In this document: positions 1-13,165 of the stretch, piece after piece
Layout of the letters: every line of letters begins with the position of its first letter
Numbering within the stretch: the stretch's first letter is position 1
From: Hydrolagus colliei
Taxonomy: Eukaryota
Length of the DNA: 64,000 nt
Assembly: GCA_035084275.1 (NCBI GenBank)
Contig: CM068759.1
Span: 1,054,001 to 1,118,000, forward strand
Direction: 5' to 3'
Notes under the pieces: generated by a model
The model's input: only the letters and a program-made list of their open reading frames with translations
Told to the model about the DNA's origin: nothing
The model's database searches: none
Translations under genes and position numbers: made by a program

Positions 1-1807
1 CCCAATGAGCCAGAGAAGTATATCAGCCAATTGCGCACAGTAGTGTCCGACAAACAGTTGTGGATTAGTGACCGACTTATCATTATTTTGGAAGGATTAT
101 TAAACCCTCGGAAAGAAATTTCTCAATCTCGGTACGTATTTTCTTAAAAGGTTTGGTTCATAATTTATATCAGCCGAGCTAAAAACAGCACCTCGCGATA
201 GGCTTGTTCTCGCACCAATGGGAGTAGCATTTCCCCGTCACGCACTTTCTACAGATACAGTATTTCCTCTAAATTACAGTTTTGCCGCCTCTCAGGTACG
301 TGCTTAGTAACACCATTCAATGCTGAGGCAAGCAAAATTAAACCCTAACAGCCCTAAAACAACTCTTAACTAGGGTTGTGCAGACTAGCTAACTCTAAAG
401 CATGCGGGGTACGGTTAGGCCTATCTTTTCACACAAACTCCAAGGTACATTTGGGAAACTCTATCCTGGAACATTCCAGCCGAATATCTTTCCTTCCCCG
501 CTGCTTCAGAAAGAACATTTAGTGCAGTAGCAATATATCGGCACCTATGACCTTGTCTTTTCCTCTATTAAACCTTTTGCGTTTGATACAGCACCTTAAC
601 ACATCTTTGAGACATCTCAAAGCACTTCACAGGATATTCTGCAAAGTGTAGTGACTGTATATGCTAGGTATATTTTGTACTGTTGACTACTTTGATGATC
701 ATGTCATTAAGGTGAGTTCACCAAATGTAGGGTGACCAAAAAGTTGTCACTTCTGCCCTCTTGCCTCAAAACATATCATTGTTTCTTTTGAAACTTATTA
801 GAGACACTGTAATGGCCATCACTGCTCTTTGGTCGCCCCGTAGAAACGATGTCTGATTTGGAAATGCGAAGAGGAGCGACAGATCTCACATTTGACGTCT
901 GGAGACTTAAAATGTTTCCTTGTGGCAGCAGAACTTTGGCAGAACTTAAGTCCCTGTTGCCGCCGATGTGTACCACAATCCCTACTAAATATAAACCAGA
1001 AACAAAAGTACTGCCCACACTATCAAATATCGTCGTTACTAAGTACCCCCCCACTCCCCCCCCCCCAAAAAGCAACTGCTTAACATTAACCAAAGCCAAG
1101 ATTTGGTCTGATCGCCGTACCTAAATCCTGTTTTGTGACTCACTCTTTCATGCTTTTGTGTGTGTGTTCTCGTGTTTTCTAAGCATAGGGTGGGAGTCAG
1201 AGGATTTTTACTGAGCGACTTGTTTGTCAGTACAGTTTATGATCTGTATTATTCCTGCGCACTATTTCTGCTCATTTGGAACTTCACAATCTTGCCAATA
1301 CTGTTCACTAGGGCTCAGTTGAATTAATTAGTAAAAAGAAAAAATTTATATTCATGACTACATTTAACAATTAAAATAATTCTCATATTTGATACAGCCT
1401 CTTGTCACCTCTGTGAGAAGTCTCCAAGCGCTTCACAGGATATACTATAAACTGTAGTGACTATATATATTTTGTGGACGAAATGCAGCACCAATTGTGC
1501 ATAATAGTGTTCCCACACACAGTCGTGGAATAAGTGACTAAATTATTATTATTTTGAAGGGATTATTACCCTCAAAAAACAAACTAAACGACTAACAATC
1601 GGGTTCCTACTTACTATTAGATCTACTGCGTATGCTGCCCTCATTGATTAAGCAATGTTGGGATCAAAGTAAATGACAAATGGAAGCAGTTTATGTGGCC
1701 AGTGAATAAAAAATATGTAGTCATAGTTACTGCCGCTGGTTTTAAACAGGAGAAAGCACCAGGGCTGTGTATTTTATCCAAATTCATGACTAGGTTAGGG
1801 TATAGCA

Positions 1808-2075
1808 ATAATAATAATCCTTGCATTTGATGAACCACCTTATCACGCCTTCGATACATCCCAAAGAGCTTCACAGGATATATTATAAAGTGAATCGAGT
1901 GTATTTTGTGGGTGAGAAATAGCAGCTAATTGTGCACAGCAATTTTTTTTAGTCAATTTTCCTTACACCCCCCCACCCCACCTCCCAACCTCCTCTCTGG
2001 GGTGGGGATGTAAGGAAACTTGCCCAATATTTCGCCCTGCCTGGGAATCGAACCCAGGTCTCTCGCTTTTGAGAT
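1808..2075 (-). mobile_element. tRNA-derived SINE (young family)
   Basis: B box GGTTCGATTCC on the - strand, (TTA)n tail at ~1808. Confidence 0.75.
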
Positions 2076-4289
2076 TACAGTACTGGAGTCTAATGGAGCG
2101 AATAGAAATTCTCGTTTTTTTTCCGTGCACGTACATAAATATAGGGTCTTTGGTTTTCACAGCAGTTTTGGCTTCGCGTGTATATAAAAAAATATACAGC
2201 TGTGCTGGCCAACAACAAACAAAGAAAGGCAGGTTTCAGAATGTTTAGCATTTTGATAATGGCATTTTGGCCAAATGACAGTATAGTATAATTATGACAA
2301 ATGACATTTGAAAAACTGAAGTCACATAAACTCGCCCAAAAAAATATTTGTAAAGGGCTTGGGAGGGGGTGGAGGGGGGGAGGGGGGGTGTGGGAGGTGG
2401 GGCGGTGGGGGAAGGTAGTGGGGAGAGGAAATTGCTATGTTTTACTATAACCATTAAACAACACCCACTAATGCAGCTTGGATCGGAAAGTGAAATAGCA
2501 GCAACAAAATTAATTTAAATCAAACACAAAGCCGTCAGCGAGTGAGCCTGTACGCTGTGCACGTTACATTTTGCCGAAAGAAGTCTTCAGCACTAAGACG
2601 CAGTAAGTTTTTTGTTTCAAGAAAAAAACTAGCGATAGTTAACAGCAGTGTGGCACGCTTGGATTCCAAGCAAGACTTCACACTGTCAAAAAGAATATTT
2701 CAGTTGCAAATGAAAGAATTGTTGGACCCCCTCCCATCAAAATTGAAAGCTCAGTTTCTCTCTGCTTCGGGCTAGCGAGATGCTCAGTGTTACTCCCCCT
2801 CTCTCAGCCAGAGTACAGTACTTTCAAGTCATGAACAGTTTCTGTAGTTGTAATATTTGAATCCATCAGCCTGAGGTACATCACAGTATCTGGTTCCGAA
2901 AGCAGAGGTTAACAAAAAAAAAAGTTTCCTGGGGGTAGCTCTCAGCCGCCTTTTCTTTTCCAATTGCAAGTATTTTATGTCAGGGGACAGCTGTTTAATT
3001 AATCAATTATCCCTGTGCATGCTAAAAGAACCATTTACACCAGATGCTAACTGTAACAAGGTTAGCTTTTGTAATTGTCATTAGAGCGCTGTTACATATG
3101 GCAGGTTTCCATTCAATCCCACCATATTTATAGCAAATCGCGTGTATATTTGGAGTTGTGGAACTCTGTGAGTGTTTATTTCGTTTTCAATATTAATCTG
3201 CTGAGACTTTGCACCTGGGGATTCACTATTCCATTGCACTTGGTAGCATAAAACCATTCACACTGAGTTCTCAAGTCTCACTATCATTTCAGTATACAGT
3301 ACTGTGTGTGTATATTTTTTTTTAAATCCACTCGCTGGGACGTTTCATAATTTCCTAACGGCTTTTGTTTAGTGCTGGTTCCGCCCGGTCCCGTACATAA
3401 CTTGTGAGCCTTGAAAACAAGCACCCGGTCAAAATAGACCGACATAATTTCCGTCTCCGTAACTAGCTTGGACGAGCAGGCTTGTGTCTGTCTGCTCTAC
3501 CTTTTTGAGGAAATGGTGATATAATGATGATGATCCTCGCGTTCGATATCGCGGCTTTTCGCGTCTTCTAGACTGTGTCTCAAAGCGCTTCACAGAATAT
3601 TACTGTAAAAGTGAATTGACTGTATAGTTGTGGGCGGAATACACGGAATAACCTATCTGATGATTTCGGACGCCGTGGAAAGAACTTTTGAAAATTCCTC
3701 CTCCTTATTAACGTAATGTTTATTCCTTACCACCCACCCACCTTCCTTTACACGATGTGCGCTGTTCAAAGCCTAAGGTGTTGCTACAGTGTCAGACGTC
3801 ACGGTGGGGTGAGATGCTTGTCCAATTCCCTCAGTGCTGATCTGTGATCTCCTGGCCGGCTAGCTCGCTGTAGGGGGTGGTGGGCGAGGGTGGGAGGAGG
3901 GTTGCGGGGAATCAATGGGAAAGAGTTGACACCCCAGGGCTGTGTACTCTCGTCAACAGCGTCTCGTGTCTCCGCGGGAACTTTGTCGAGAGGAGAGAGT
4001 CGGTTACCTTCAGCCCTCCATGTTCCATTTCTCCTTTCTACCTTTTTACGGGTAGAAAAATGGTCGCGTTTATGCCCTACCTTGCGATAGGCAACAGAGT
4101 TGAAGAGAGAGACTGATTTGAGAATAGTTACCTTAAAGAGGAAGAGCATGTTACCAGCATTGTTCATACTGAAGCAAAGGAGTTGCTTTATATAAGCCAG
4201 TCAGATATACCGTAGTACAACTGTATCTTATGTTAGAACAAACTGGGACTTGGTAATATTTCTATATCAGGATCGTAAGGCACAGTGAA

Positions 4290-4600
4290 AGTAATAATAT
4301 AATAACTCATTTGCATTTGATATTACCCGGTCGAGACGTCTCAAATCGCTTCACACAGGATGTACTGTACAGTGAGTGGATTGACTGCGTATTTTGTGGG
4401 CAAATAAGGAAGCCAGTTTGCGAGCCGCAGTGTCCCAAACCAACCATGGAGCGAGTAACCAATTTTTATTTTATTTGGGGGGGATTGTTGGCCAGGACAC
4501 AGTGGGAGAGAGAGAGAGAGAAACTTCCTTCTCTTTTGAAACACTGCCTTGGGGGACTTCAACTTGCACCTGAGCAGGCAGATGGCACGTTACTGTAAAC
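4290..4600 (-). mobile_element. Old Deu-domain SINE copy
   Basis: Reverse strand reads CATCTGCCTGCTCAGGTG...GTGTCCTGGCCAAC followed by the common SINE 3' tail. Confidence 0.6.
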
Positions 4601-5019
4601 GATCTGCTTGAGACGTCCTTCCAATAAGCTGAAAGAAGCTCTATATAAATGGACATTTGTGTTGTTTTATTGTATTGCAATTACAGTATATCTGCATGCT
4701 TAAAATGGTAGAATGAAGCGTTGAATAAAACTCTCAATTATTTGGGGGTATTTTCCAAAATGAATCACTTTATATATATTTTTTTTAAGTTTTGCTTTGT
4801 GACTCATATATCATGTGTTCGTGACCGAACGTAATTTTTAGATTGTGTCATCTGTTTCTTACCCCCATCTTCTGAACAGAAAGTAACAAGTTTATTCCCA
4901 GGAAGATAATGTTGTTGTCAGATTCCACCCCCACCCCCCTGAAATTCATGCGGCAGTCTAGGATTTGCTCCAATCCTCTTTGTCGGGAATGAATATACTG
5001 TAATAATAATATGAGAGAG

Positions 5020-5142
5020 GACGGGTTTGCAGGGTCACGGGGAGAGAGCAGGGGAGTGGGATTGCTCTTTGCTCTTTTCAAAGAGCTGGCACAGACTCGA
5101 TGGGACGAATGGCCTCCTTCGTTGCCACAAAATTCTACGAAT
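5020..5142 (+). mobile_element. CR1 3' end fragment, same subfamily as 47760-47880
   Basis: Shares GCTCTTTTCAAAGAGC.GGCACAGACT.GATGGG.CGAATGGCCTCCTT...AAAATTCTA. Confidence 0.75.
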
Positions 5143-6079
5143 AATCCTTCCGTTTGATGTTGCACTTTATCACGTCTTCGAGATATCTTAGAGCACTTTG
5201 AATGAGTGACAATGGGAGTGGAGAAAAGCACACAAAGGGACATGAGGAGGCGTCACCGAGTGACGAGGGGAAGCAAGGCGAGAGGACCAGAGATATTTTC
5301 AACGGAGGCGAATGTAGAGGGATGTGAAGTGGGGGAACGAGAGGAAGGGAAATTGGAAGATGACACCGCAGAGAAAAGGGGAAGAGAAAATGAGGAAGAA
5401 AGAAAATTTAAGCGACAACAAGGAAAGGCATAATTTGAGAGAAGCAAAGTGGTGGGTGGGTGGGGTGGGGGGCACGATCTCTTTGTGCCTGCTCACTACT
5501 GTAACCTGATCTAAATCCCGCCCCCCCCCCCCCCTCCCAAAAAACAAACAAACAGATTAAAGTCATTGTTTATCTCATTGCTCGATGTGGAATATTGACA
5601 GCACAGATTAGCAGCTGCCACACTCACCTACTCAACTACAGTCACCACGTAGTTCATGGTTAGGAACTTTGCATTTGGAGGAGATGCCAACGAGACCTAC
5701 CCTGAGATACTGAGGGCAGAACAACCCCAACTTTTGTGTCCTTTATATAATTATTTTTTTTATAAAATAGAATTCCGTCTGCAAAATCCACCTCGGATTT
5801 GCAAGCAAAGAGTTTATTTGAGCAAACGGTTTGAGCAAGTGGTTGTTTTAAAGGCACCTCACCGTACGTGCCTGCAGTTTTCGTGACACGTGAGCTCATG
5901 TTTTGATCAGAGCTTTCCCTCACGTCGCCCTTTGCTGGAAACACCGCTCACGTTCTCTCTCTCTCTCTCTCTCTCTCTCCCTCTCTCTCTCCGTCGGAAA
6001 CGCAGAATAGTAAAACGCAAGGAAAACAGCGCAGTGACGGGCCAGCCTTTTTTTTTTTCTCTTTGTGCTTTGGTTTCAG

Positions 6080-6301
6080 GTGTCCTGTTCCTGGATGCGA
6101 CGGGCTCGGACACGTGAGCGGGAAGTACGCGTCTCACCGCAGCGCGTCCGGTTGCCCCCTGGCCGCCCGCAGACAGAAGGAAGGGTTCAACAATGGCTCA
6201 GCTTTCACTTGGAAGCCAGTGAAGGGCGACGGGCCGGCCTGTCCGACACCGGGTTGCGACGGCTCAGGGCACGCTAATGGCAGTTTTCTCACACATAGAA
6301 G
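6080..6301 (+). CDS. MYT1: MYT1 exon, two C2HC zinc fingers
   Basis: ttcag|G acceptor, AG|gtacgc donor; CP-x-PGCDG-x-GH twice. Confidence 0.93.
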
Positions 6302-9300
6302 GTACGCGTCCCCCGTCCCCCGCCGCCCGCCCGGCCTCCGCGCCTCGCAGATCGTCCGGTTTGATCCGAAAGTGACTGACGATAACTCGTAATAAACTCG
6401 AAAAAGATTGTCGCTCATTTGCGATTTCGTGTTCGATTAGCTGCGTCATTCCAAACATGTGTTCGGAGGCTATTTGCGATCGTAACATTTTTTTTTCTCT
6501 CTCCCTTTCCCACCCACCTTCACCCCCAAAACAAAATAGTCTTTCCGGGTGTCCGAGGGCAACCTTAGCCATGAAGAAAGCAAAGTTCTCAGGGGAAGAT
6601 TTACTGACCACCAAGTTCAGGGCCACTGACGGTAAGACCTGTGGAAAGATTCGAGTTTCCAACTGTGTTATTGGCATTTCACCAACGTGATACTCAAGCG
6701 ATGTTTGCAAGGAAAGAAAATTCTTATTGCCTCGAGTATTACGGGTTTTCAAATGCTATATTCAATGAAGGGATTTTTAAAATTATTATTGTTATTAGAA
6801 TAAATGTTGTTAATTTTAACAAGAGAGGTTTGGAGTATGTTTACTCACTTTGTGCGTGATGTTGTGTCTCAAGAGACAGAATCTCTGCCGTAACAATGTC
6901 CACATTTAGGTACGGTTTATTGCTTTGTTATTGTCTGAGAATAAAGTTGGTCTAAACTGTTAGTGAATAGAGGTTGGCATGGACATGTTCATGGTCAACC
7001 TTCCTGTCTGTATTCTCACAGCAATAGAGAATGATGAAGAAATCAAACAGCTTGACAAAGAGATCAGTGAGCTGAATGAATCCAATACAGAGATGGAATC
7101 GAGTATGGTGAAGCTTCAGTCACAGGTAAACAACGATAAATTCATAACCAACAAAAATCCCATTTTAATCCAAACTTTTTTGGGGGCTCCAGAATGTTCA
7201 AACAAAGATTTTTTTTAAAAAAACTGCTGAATAAGTAACTTTTAATGCCAAAAATGTACAATTATTTATCTTCGCCAACAGCGCTAGACAGTTGCACTTT
7301 ACCGAGATGACTTGTTGCCTCTGGTTGTATTTAAGGCAAGCGTTTTGTTTCCCTCGGATTCTTTCAAATGCCACTGCTTTCAGTGTGTGGAATAAATCAG
7401 ATTACAGAGCACTTTAAAGCAACTGATCAAAGATTAGCATTATATTGATGTGTTTATTTCGTGAGTGTCAAATACACTTAATTCATGAACATCAGAAGCA
7501 AACGTGGATTAGGGGGAAGCTCTTAGAATATCGCTATCGCAATAATTGCTTCACTGGTCACCAACAGTCGCTTTATTTACAAATGGGTTGGTTAGAAACC
7601 ATTCTTCCTTCCGTGGTGAAGAGAGTTCCAAATCCATTATACTGGGCGTTTCTCTGTGTCAGCATTTTCATGAATGCTCAACACTGAGAGCTGTGTTAAT
7701 AAGGCTCTGGCCCTGCCCTGCACTAATGACAATTCGGTTTGTGTTAGTGAACCACAAGTCTGTATTTTGTTTTTTGTTGTGATTTCCTTAATGGAGTTTC
7801 TCAATTAAGAAATCGTGTCTGGTGATATTTTCGAAGCAGGGTTTCTGTTGTGTCAGCATGACCAACGTTGTGTTACTGGAACTTGCGCCAGTTACTGACT
7901 GGTACAAAATACTAAAAAAAAACACACAGCGACTTTGAAATGACCAGTGTTGGTCACGTCACAAAACATGTCTGTTTGGGGTTTATTGCGGCGGCTAGAG
8001 AATTAGACTCACCACTCGCTTACCTTCCGATTGTTTTCTGAGCCGTGGGCTGATAAGCATCACTATTTCATAATCGTTTCAGATTTCCAGCATGGAGAAA
8101 AATTTAAAAACCATTGAAGACGAGAACAAAGTGATCGAAGAGCAAAATGAAGCATTGTTCAAAGAGCTCGCTGGCTTGAGTCAGGCCCTGATTCGTAGCC
8201 TCGCTGACATTAAACTCCCTCAATTGGTAAGACAGCTTTATCTCTATTATTCCAGATGTGTCTACATTGAGAATATGCCCCAAAAAAGAGACAAGTACCG
8301 TACTTTTCTCAAAGTATTTTGTCTTCCTGAAGTTCTCAGTGTGCCGCGTAATTAGCTGCATTGCTCAATCCTACGTCTGTTCACATTCATCAAGTATTAC
8401 ATTTGTTTGAGTTAGGCGTTAGGAAACAGTGGATGGTTTGTGCGGGGGGATAAAAAATGCTGAATATGCTGGATTATTTTGAGCTGCGCAAACTAAGGAT
8501 GGTTTGCTCTCAAACACTTTCACTCGGATTCCCCAATTTTAAAGATCACCGTAACTTGTGATATAAAACGGCTTTTTAAATCTATACAGAATTATTTTAT
8601 AGAAGATGAGAATCGAAAGTTACGCGAATTCTAGAGATGTTTCGAAGCGTCCGATTTCCGAACTAGAGTTTCTTTGCCGCCATCATACGTGGAGTTACTC
8701 CCTTTATTTAGGAGTAAAGACTAACTTCTGAAAGGACGCACTATATCCGTTTCACTTGTCAGATAGCTAAATTAGCGCTCATTAAGTGTGGCTGCAGTAA
8801 AGACATTAATTTGTAGCAGTGGGGCAATGATTAAGCTCGTTAACTAGTGTCAAAGGAAAATTTTACTCACGCACATCTTTATGCATTTGCAGTCTTGACA
8901 TGTTCAACGCAGAGAATTTGATCTGCTGAGTTAGCATTATCCTACGATGATAAATGGAATAGAGGTTGGATCTGGTGGATTAAACAGTGGGGTAACCCTA
9001 ATACTGTAGTATTGTTTTTTTTACTCCGCATTCACTCAGTAATGAACCTATTGGAAACAAAGAACCACATGTATTTCACAACATCGCATTTCTAATACAA
9101 GAAAGTGGCAGGCTCCAGTTCCCATCTCTTCTCTTGTTCCAGTAAAGCTGTTCTGAGTTAGTGCTATGGTTATTGAAGTAGATTATATTTTAGGTCAAAA
9201 TAAAATGTGCAATTTTTTTTTAGCTACATTTGCAAATATTTAGCTGAGTAGGTGCAGTTAAGGTCTTGTAGCAAATTGATATGGGAGGAAATTCTACACT

Positions 9301-9829
9301 TTATGGAAAGCTTTTTTTTTCTTATCCAGTCGGTGTTTGTTTCTCAATGTCATTGCGGCTGATGTTAGCCTACTGTTTCGCGCTTCAACAACAACAACAA
9401 GTTACATTTACATAGCGCCTTTCACGTCTGGAGGACGTCCTAAAGCGTTGGACAGTGAGGGATTTGGATCTGAGCTGTGGGGTGGGGGGTGGGTGGGTTG
9501 GGATCGGGTGGGCTGGGTGGGGATGGAAGGCAGAGGGAGGTGGGAGAAGAGGGACGGGTGGTCGAAGAGGAAGGTCTTAAGAGACGTGATTTAAAGGAGG
9601 CTTCACCCACTTCAGAATTATTGGTGACCGTATATACTTGAATCGTGACGTAATCACTTGTCTCTTTCTCTCTTTTGTTGTTCAGCAGGAACCAATCAGT
9701 GAACAGAATTTTGATGCCTACGTTAATACACTAACAGATATGTATACCAATATGGAATGCTATCAAAACCCAGAAAACAAGGCACTGCTAGAAAGCATCA
9801 AACAAGCTGTAAAGGGCATTCAGGTCTAA
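6080..9829 (+). CDS. MYT1: Myelin transcription factor 1, 3' part (last two C2HC zinc fingers plus C-terminal coiled coil); 5 exons, upstream exons not found in window
   Basis: Exons 6080-6301, 6540-6631, 7022-7125, 8083-8226, 9689-9829 join in frame via GT-AG: [35 protein letters not shown]...[29 protein letters not shown]...[10 protein letters not shown]...[12 protein letters not shown]...[19 protein letters not shown]...[14 protein letters not shown]. The motifs [35 protein letters not shown] and ISSMEKNLK match recalled MYT1 rather than ST18/MYT1L. Confidence 0.9.
6540..6631 (+). CDS. MYT1: MYT1 exon (SLSGCPRAT...FRATD)
   Basis: aatag|T acceptor, G|gtaaga donor; completes last zinc finger. 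Confidence 0.92.
7022..7125 (+). CDS. MYT1: MYT1 exon ([10 protein letters not shown]...LQSQ)
   Basis: cacag|CA acceptor, CAG|gtaaac donor; coiled coil. Confidence 0.92.
8083..8226 (+). CDS. MYT1: MYT1 exon (ISSMEKNLK...LPQL)
   Basis: ttcag|ATT acceptor, TTG|gtaaga donor. Confidence 0.92.
9387..9600 (-). mobile_element. L2-like LINE 3' end with (TTG)n tail
   Basis: ACAACAAC...TTACATTTACATAGCGCCTTTCACG...GGACGTCC.AAAGCG; similar pieces at ~12085-12150(+), 14050-14120(+), 21680-21725(-), 22720-22790(-), 33588-33655(-), 42845-42908(+), 53122-53290(-), 55815-55870(-). Confidence 0.6.
9689..9829 (+). CDS. MYT1: MYT1 terminal coding exon (EPISEQ...KGIQV*)
   Basis: CAGCAG tandem acceptor (start 9686 or 9689), stop TAA at 9827-9829. 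Confidence 0.92.
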   Translation, partial: EPISEQNFDAYVNTLTDMYTNMECYQNPENKALLESIKQAVKGIQV

Positions 9830-11300
9830 ATATAAAATTAAAAAAAAACGCCTCCCTAATATTATATAGGAACTGTTCGTCAACCTTGTAAATACAATAA
9901 ATTTGTGATTGATATTGGTTTAGGAATATTTCTAGCAATTACGACCATAGGAATTGCACTTGTTTAGAAACAAGTAGTCTGTAACCTTATTGTGTAAATT
10001 TTAAAATGAAGTCTAAAAAAAAATGAATCTGAAAAGCAAATATTGTAAACTATTCCGAACTCTGTATGTTGACTCTACTTATTTATTTAATGTTTGTTGA
10101 CCTATTTATTTAACTTTTTTTTGTTTGTTGTTTTTAATTGGGATAAAACAGAGTTTTAAAAAGAAACACAATTCCTGGCGCTCATGAGGATAATAGGTAA
10201 CATTCTTGAGCTGTTCCAGTGATCTTTTATGAATTGAATTAACACAGTCAAGTTATTTTTGTATTGTATTATTTATTGCTTTATGAATGTGATTTATTCT
10301 CTTTTTAAGTGAAGTGAGAATATTTTATAAAAACTGACATGTTTTGATAATAATGTTTTGCGGGAAAATGTTTTTGCTTTTGTTAATATTTTTTCCTATT
10401 CATGAGAATATTTTTCAGACCTTTGCCACCACTGAAGCGAGATGATGTATGAACTATTATTTATTTGATATTTAAGTAAATTAATTTTAAAAAAACAAAG
10501 AGTCCTGACTGTAACACTTAAGAGCCATTTTTGTGATCGATGTATATTTATTTTGTAAGTCTCTATGCGTCTGTCATGTGACATTGAGTCTGGGAGTCAG
10601 CATAGTCCTCAAAAATTAAACGTATTGTAGAGGTGACACAGTTAGAAGCCTTTCTGATTTAATAACTCGAATGCTTTCAAACAGCAATGTGATGACAAGG
10701 AAATTAATAGGGTACGTTTACAGCCTTTTTAAGAAAAAAAAAGCAGCAGGTTTACAGAATTACTTTGTCCTTCAGTTGCATAACTGTCTGCTGGAATACA
10801 TATTGCTGCAAATACAAACAAAAATACTTTTGGGCAAAAGTCAGTGGGGGTAAACCACACTTTGTAGGACAGATGCTACAGGAGACGAGAGCAATCGCAG
10901 ACTTCTGTATAATGTGACAACAGCCTAACTGTGTGGTTTAACACATTCCAGGTACTCAAACTGCATCTGAATTAGTTGATGTCTCAGGTCATTTAAAAAA
11001 AAACTTGAGATCAGGGCATTAGTGGCACTTCTGCCTCACTGAAAGATTTGTAATTTATAAGTGATGTTTGTAAATCAGAAAACGAAGCTAAACTTTGTTG
11101 CAGTGCTACTGAGTACTGTGATTATTTACTGAAATCAGCACTGTCAAAACACTGTTTTAGTGCAATTTCTGTTGTGATTTGTGCATCCCAATGTATGTAT
11201 CTATGTTAAAAGACAAAAATTACTGTTTACTTGTTTAAGTAAAGTACATCTTGTTGTTCCATCTACAGAAGTGAAATAAAAGAAAACAGATGAAAAGAAG
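9830..11300 (+). other. MYT1 3' UTR (probable), candidate polyA signals AATAAA at 9896-9901 and 11275-11280
   Basis: AT-rich and free of recognisable repeats after the stop; AU-rich TTATTTATTTA ~10079-10089; another AATAAA at 12582-12587. Confidence 0.55.
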
Positions 11301-11754
11301 AAAAATTGCGTTGCACTTAATTTCCACAATCCAAAACTCGACACAAAGGGATATAATAATAACATAATTATAATAATATGGAACAAAGGTTTTATGCATC
11401 TTTATTTCACTACATTTTTACGCTCCTTTATTTTCTTTTATTTGTATATTGTTTATCAGGGCAAAATGTTGAGCGAGTTTCCTCACTCCGCACGCCTCTG
11501 TTTTGGCACGTGACGCGGGTGTGGCAAACATATGACAGAGCAACTGCTTGATACTGTTCCTCTCTTTCCCCCAGAGAACATTGACCACATGTGGCACAAG
11601 TTATTTTCCATGTTGGGGCGTGCTGGATCATGCCATATTCCTGTGTAATATCGCTATGTTTCCTAAACAATCCTGCATCACGGCTCGCAGGAGTTCTGAT
11701 ACCACATGTACAGTATGGAGCTTGAAAGTACTGTATGCCAAGTACAGTGATAGT

Positions 11755-11950
11755 GAGAGACCTGCAGCTCAGTGGTCAGAACACTTGCCTCGCAAGTGGG
11801 AGACCTGGGTTCACTTTCCGGCGAGCCAAAACCCTGGGCAAATCCCCTCACTCCTCGCGCCTGATAATTATCCCTCAAGAAATCAAAGTAACAATTTGTT
11901 GACTCGATCCACAAACTGTTTGTGGAAACCGTTCGTGCTAAACAGCAATA
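11755..11950 (+). mobile_element. tRNA-derived SINE, 5' part
   Basis: GCAGCTCAGTGG A box and family core sequence. Confidence 0.7.
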
Positions 11951-12889
11951 CAACATAGATCCCCGTTTATCTCCACCTCTACCTCTCCTTTTCCATTGTC
12001 AGGTCGCGGCCGAAGACTTTACTGTTCGTCCGAGCCTACGGTCGGCTTTCCCCCTCCCGCTGGCTCGGCCCCGGGCTATGTTATTGTGAAGCGCTCTGAG
12101 TGTGGAGGGCGCTATATAAATCCAAGTGGCTGCTGTTGTTGTCGTGGTGGCATTAGTAGGTGACACAGACATTAACAGGATCAGATCCAATTCTATATTT
12201 TAACGTGGAAACAGAACTGAACCAAGTCATTATTTTTCGGAATTCTGCCACGGTACCAAAAAAAAACCTTGGTTATATATTTTTTGAATAAACTTTAATC
12301 AGCAAAGAAAGTCTCTACTAGTTAATCAGATACAGTTTTAGTTCCATTGGCCTTTTATTTATAACATGCACTAATGAGAAATACTTGTCAACAAAGCTCT
12401 AAGGTTCATTCCATCTTAATTCCTTACTGTGCTTGATACGAGTTATTATCTCTAGCGATACAATATGCTATTATAGATTTAAACTCTTCCATTTGTGCAA
12501 TCAATTACAGATTTCAATATGATTTAAAGCCTGGATGCTCAATCTTATTTAATTTTTTTTAGAAAATGAGCCTTGCAGATAAATAAAAGTTGTTTTTAAT
12601 ACTTTAATGTATTCATCAACTGCAGCTGACAGATGGCGGATGACATTAGGCTATATGGGAAAAGCCTTGAACAGCAGATTAAGAGACACACTCTTAATCT
12701 GTGAATAGAGATATCACATAGTGCAACTGAGGTTAACACAACTGATCTTGGATTACTTGCCTTAGATTTGGCAGGAAAATTATCTTTTAATTTTCTAACC
12801 TAACTACTGATACTTGCTGGAAAATGCTGAGGTGACAGCGTGGCTATGGTGCTTCTCACAGTCAAAAGCACAATACTGTACTATAATAA

Positions 12890-13165
12890 ACAAAATAATC
12901 CTTGCATTTGATATAGAACTTTTCCCATCTTATCGACTGTAAGAAGTGAATTGACTGTGTATTTGTGGGCGAAACGCGGCAGCCGATTGTGCACAGCAGC
13001 GTCCCCCCCACAAACAGCCGTGGATTGAAATGACCAATTTTTATTATTGTGTTTTTTATGAACGGATTATTATTAGGCATATGGAGTGAGGGAATCTGCC
13101 CAAGGTTTCGCCCTGACCAGCCTGGATTCGAACACAGGTCTCACTCTTGTAAGTCGAGTGTTCTT
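12890..13165 (-). mobile_element. tRNA-derived SINE
   Basis: Family core GGGCGAAACGCGGCAGCC and B box on the - strand. Confidence 0.8.

Noticed and set aside
2586-2606. REST/RE1 site (TTCAGCAC...)
   Set aside because: Only the left half-site matches; the GGACAG half is missing.
1-6079. Further upstream MYT1 zinc-finger exons
   Set aside because: No CPxPGC or SLSGCP coding segment with splice sites found by eye; very short exons could have been missed.
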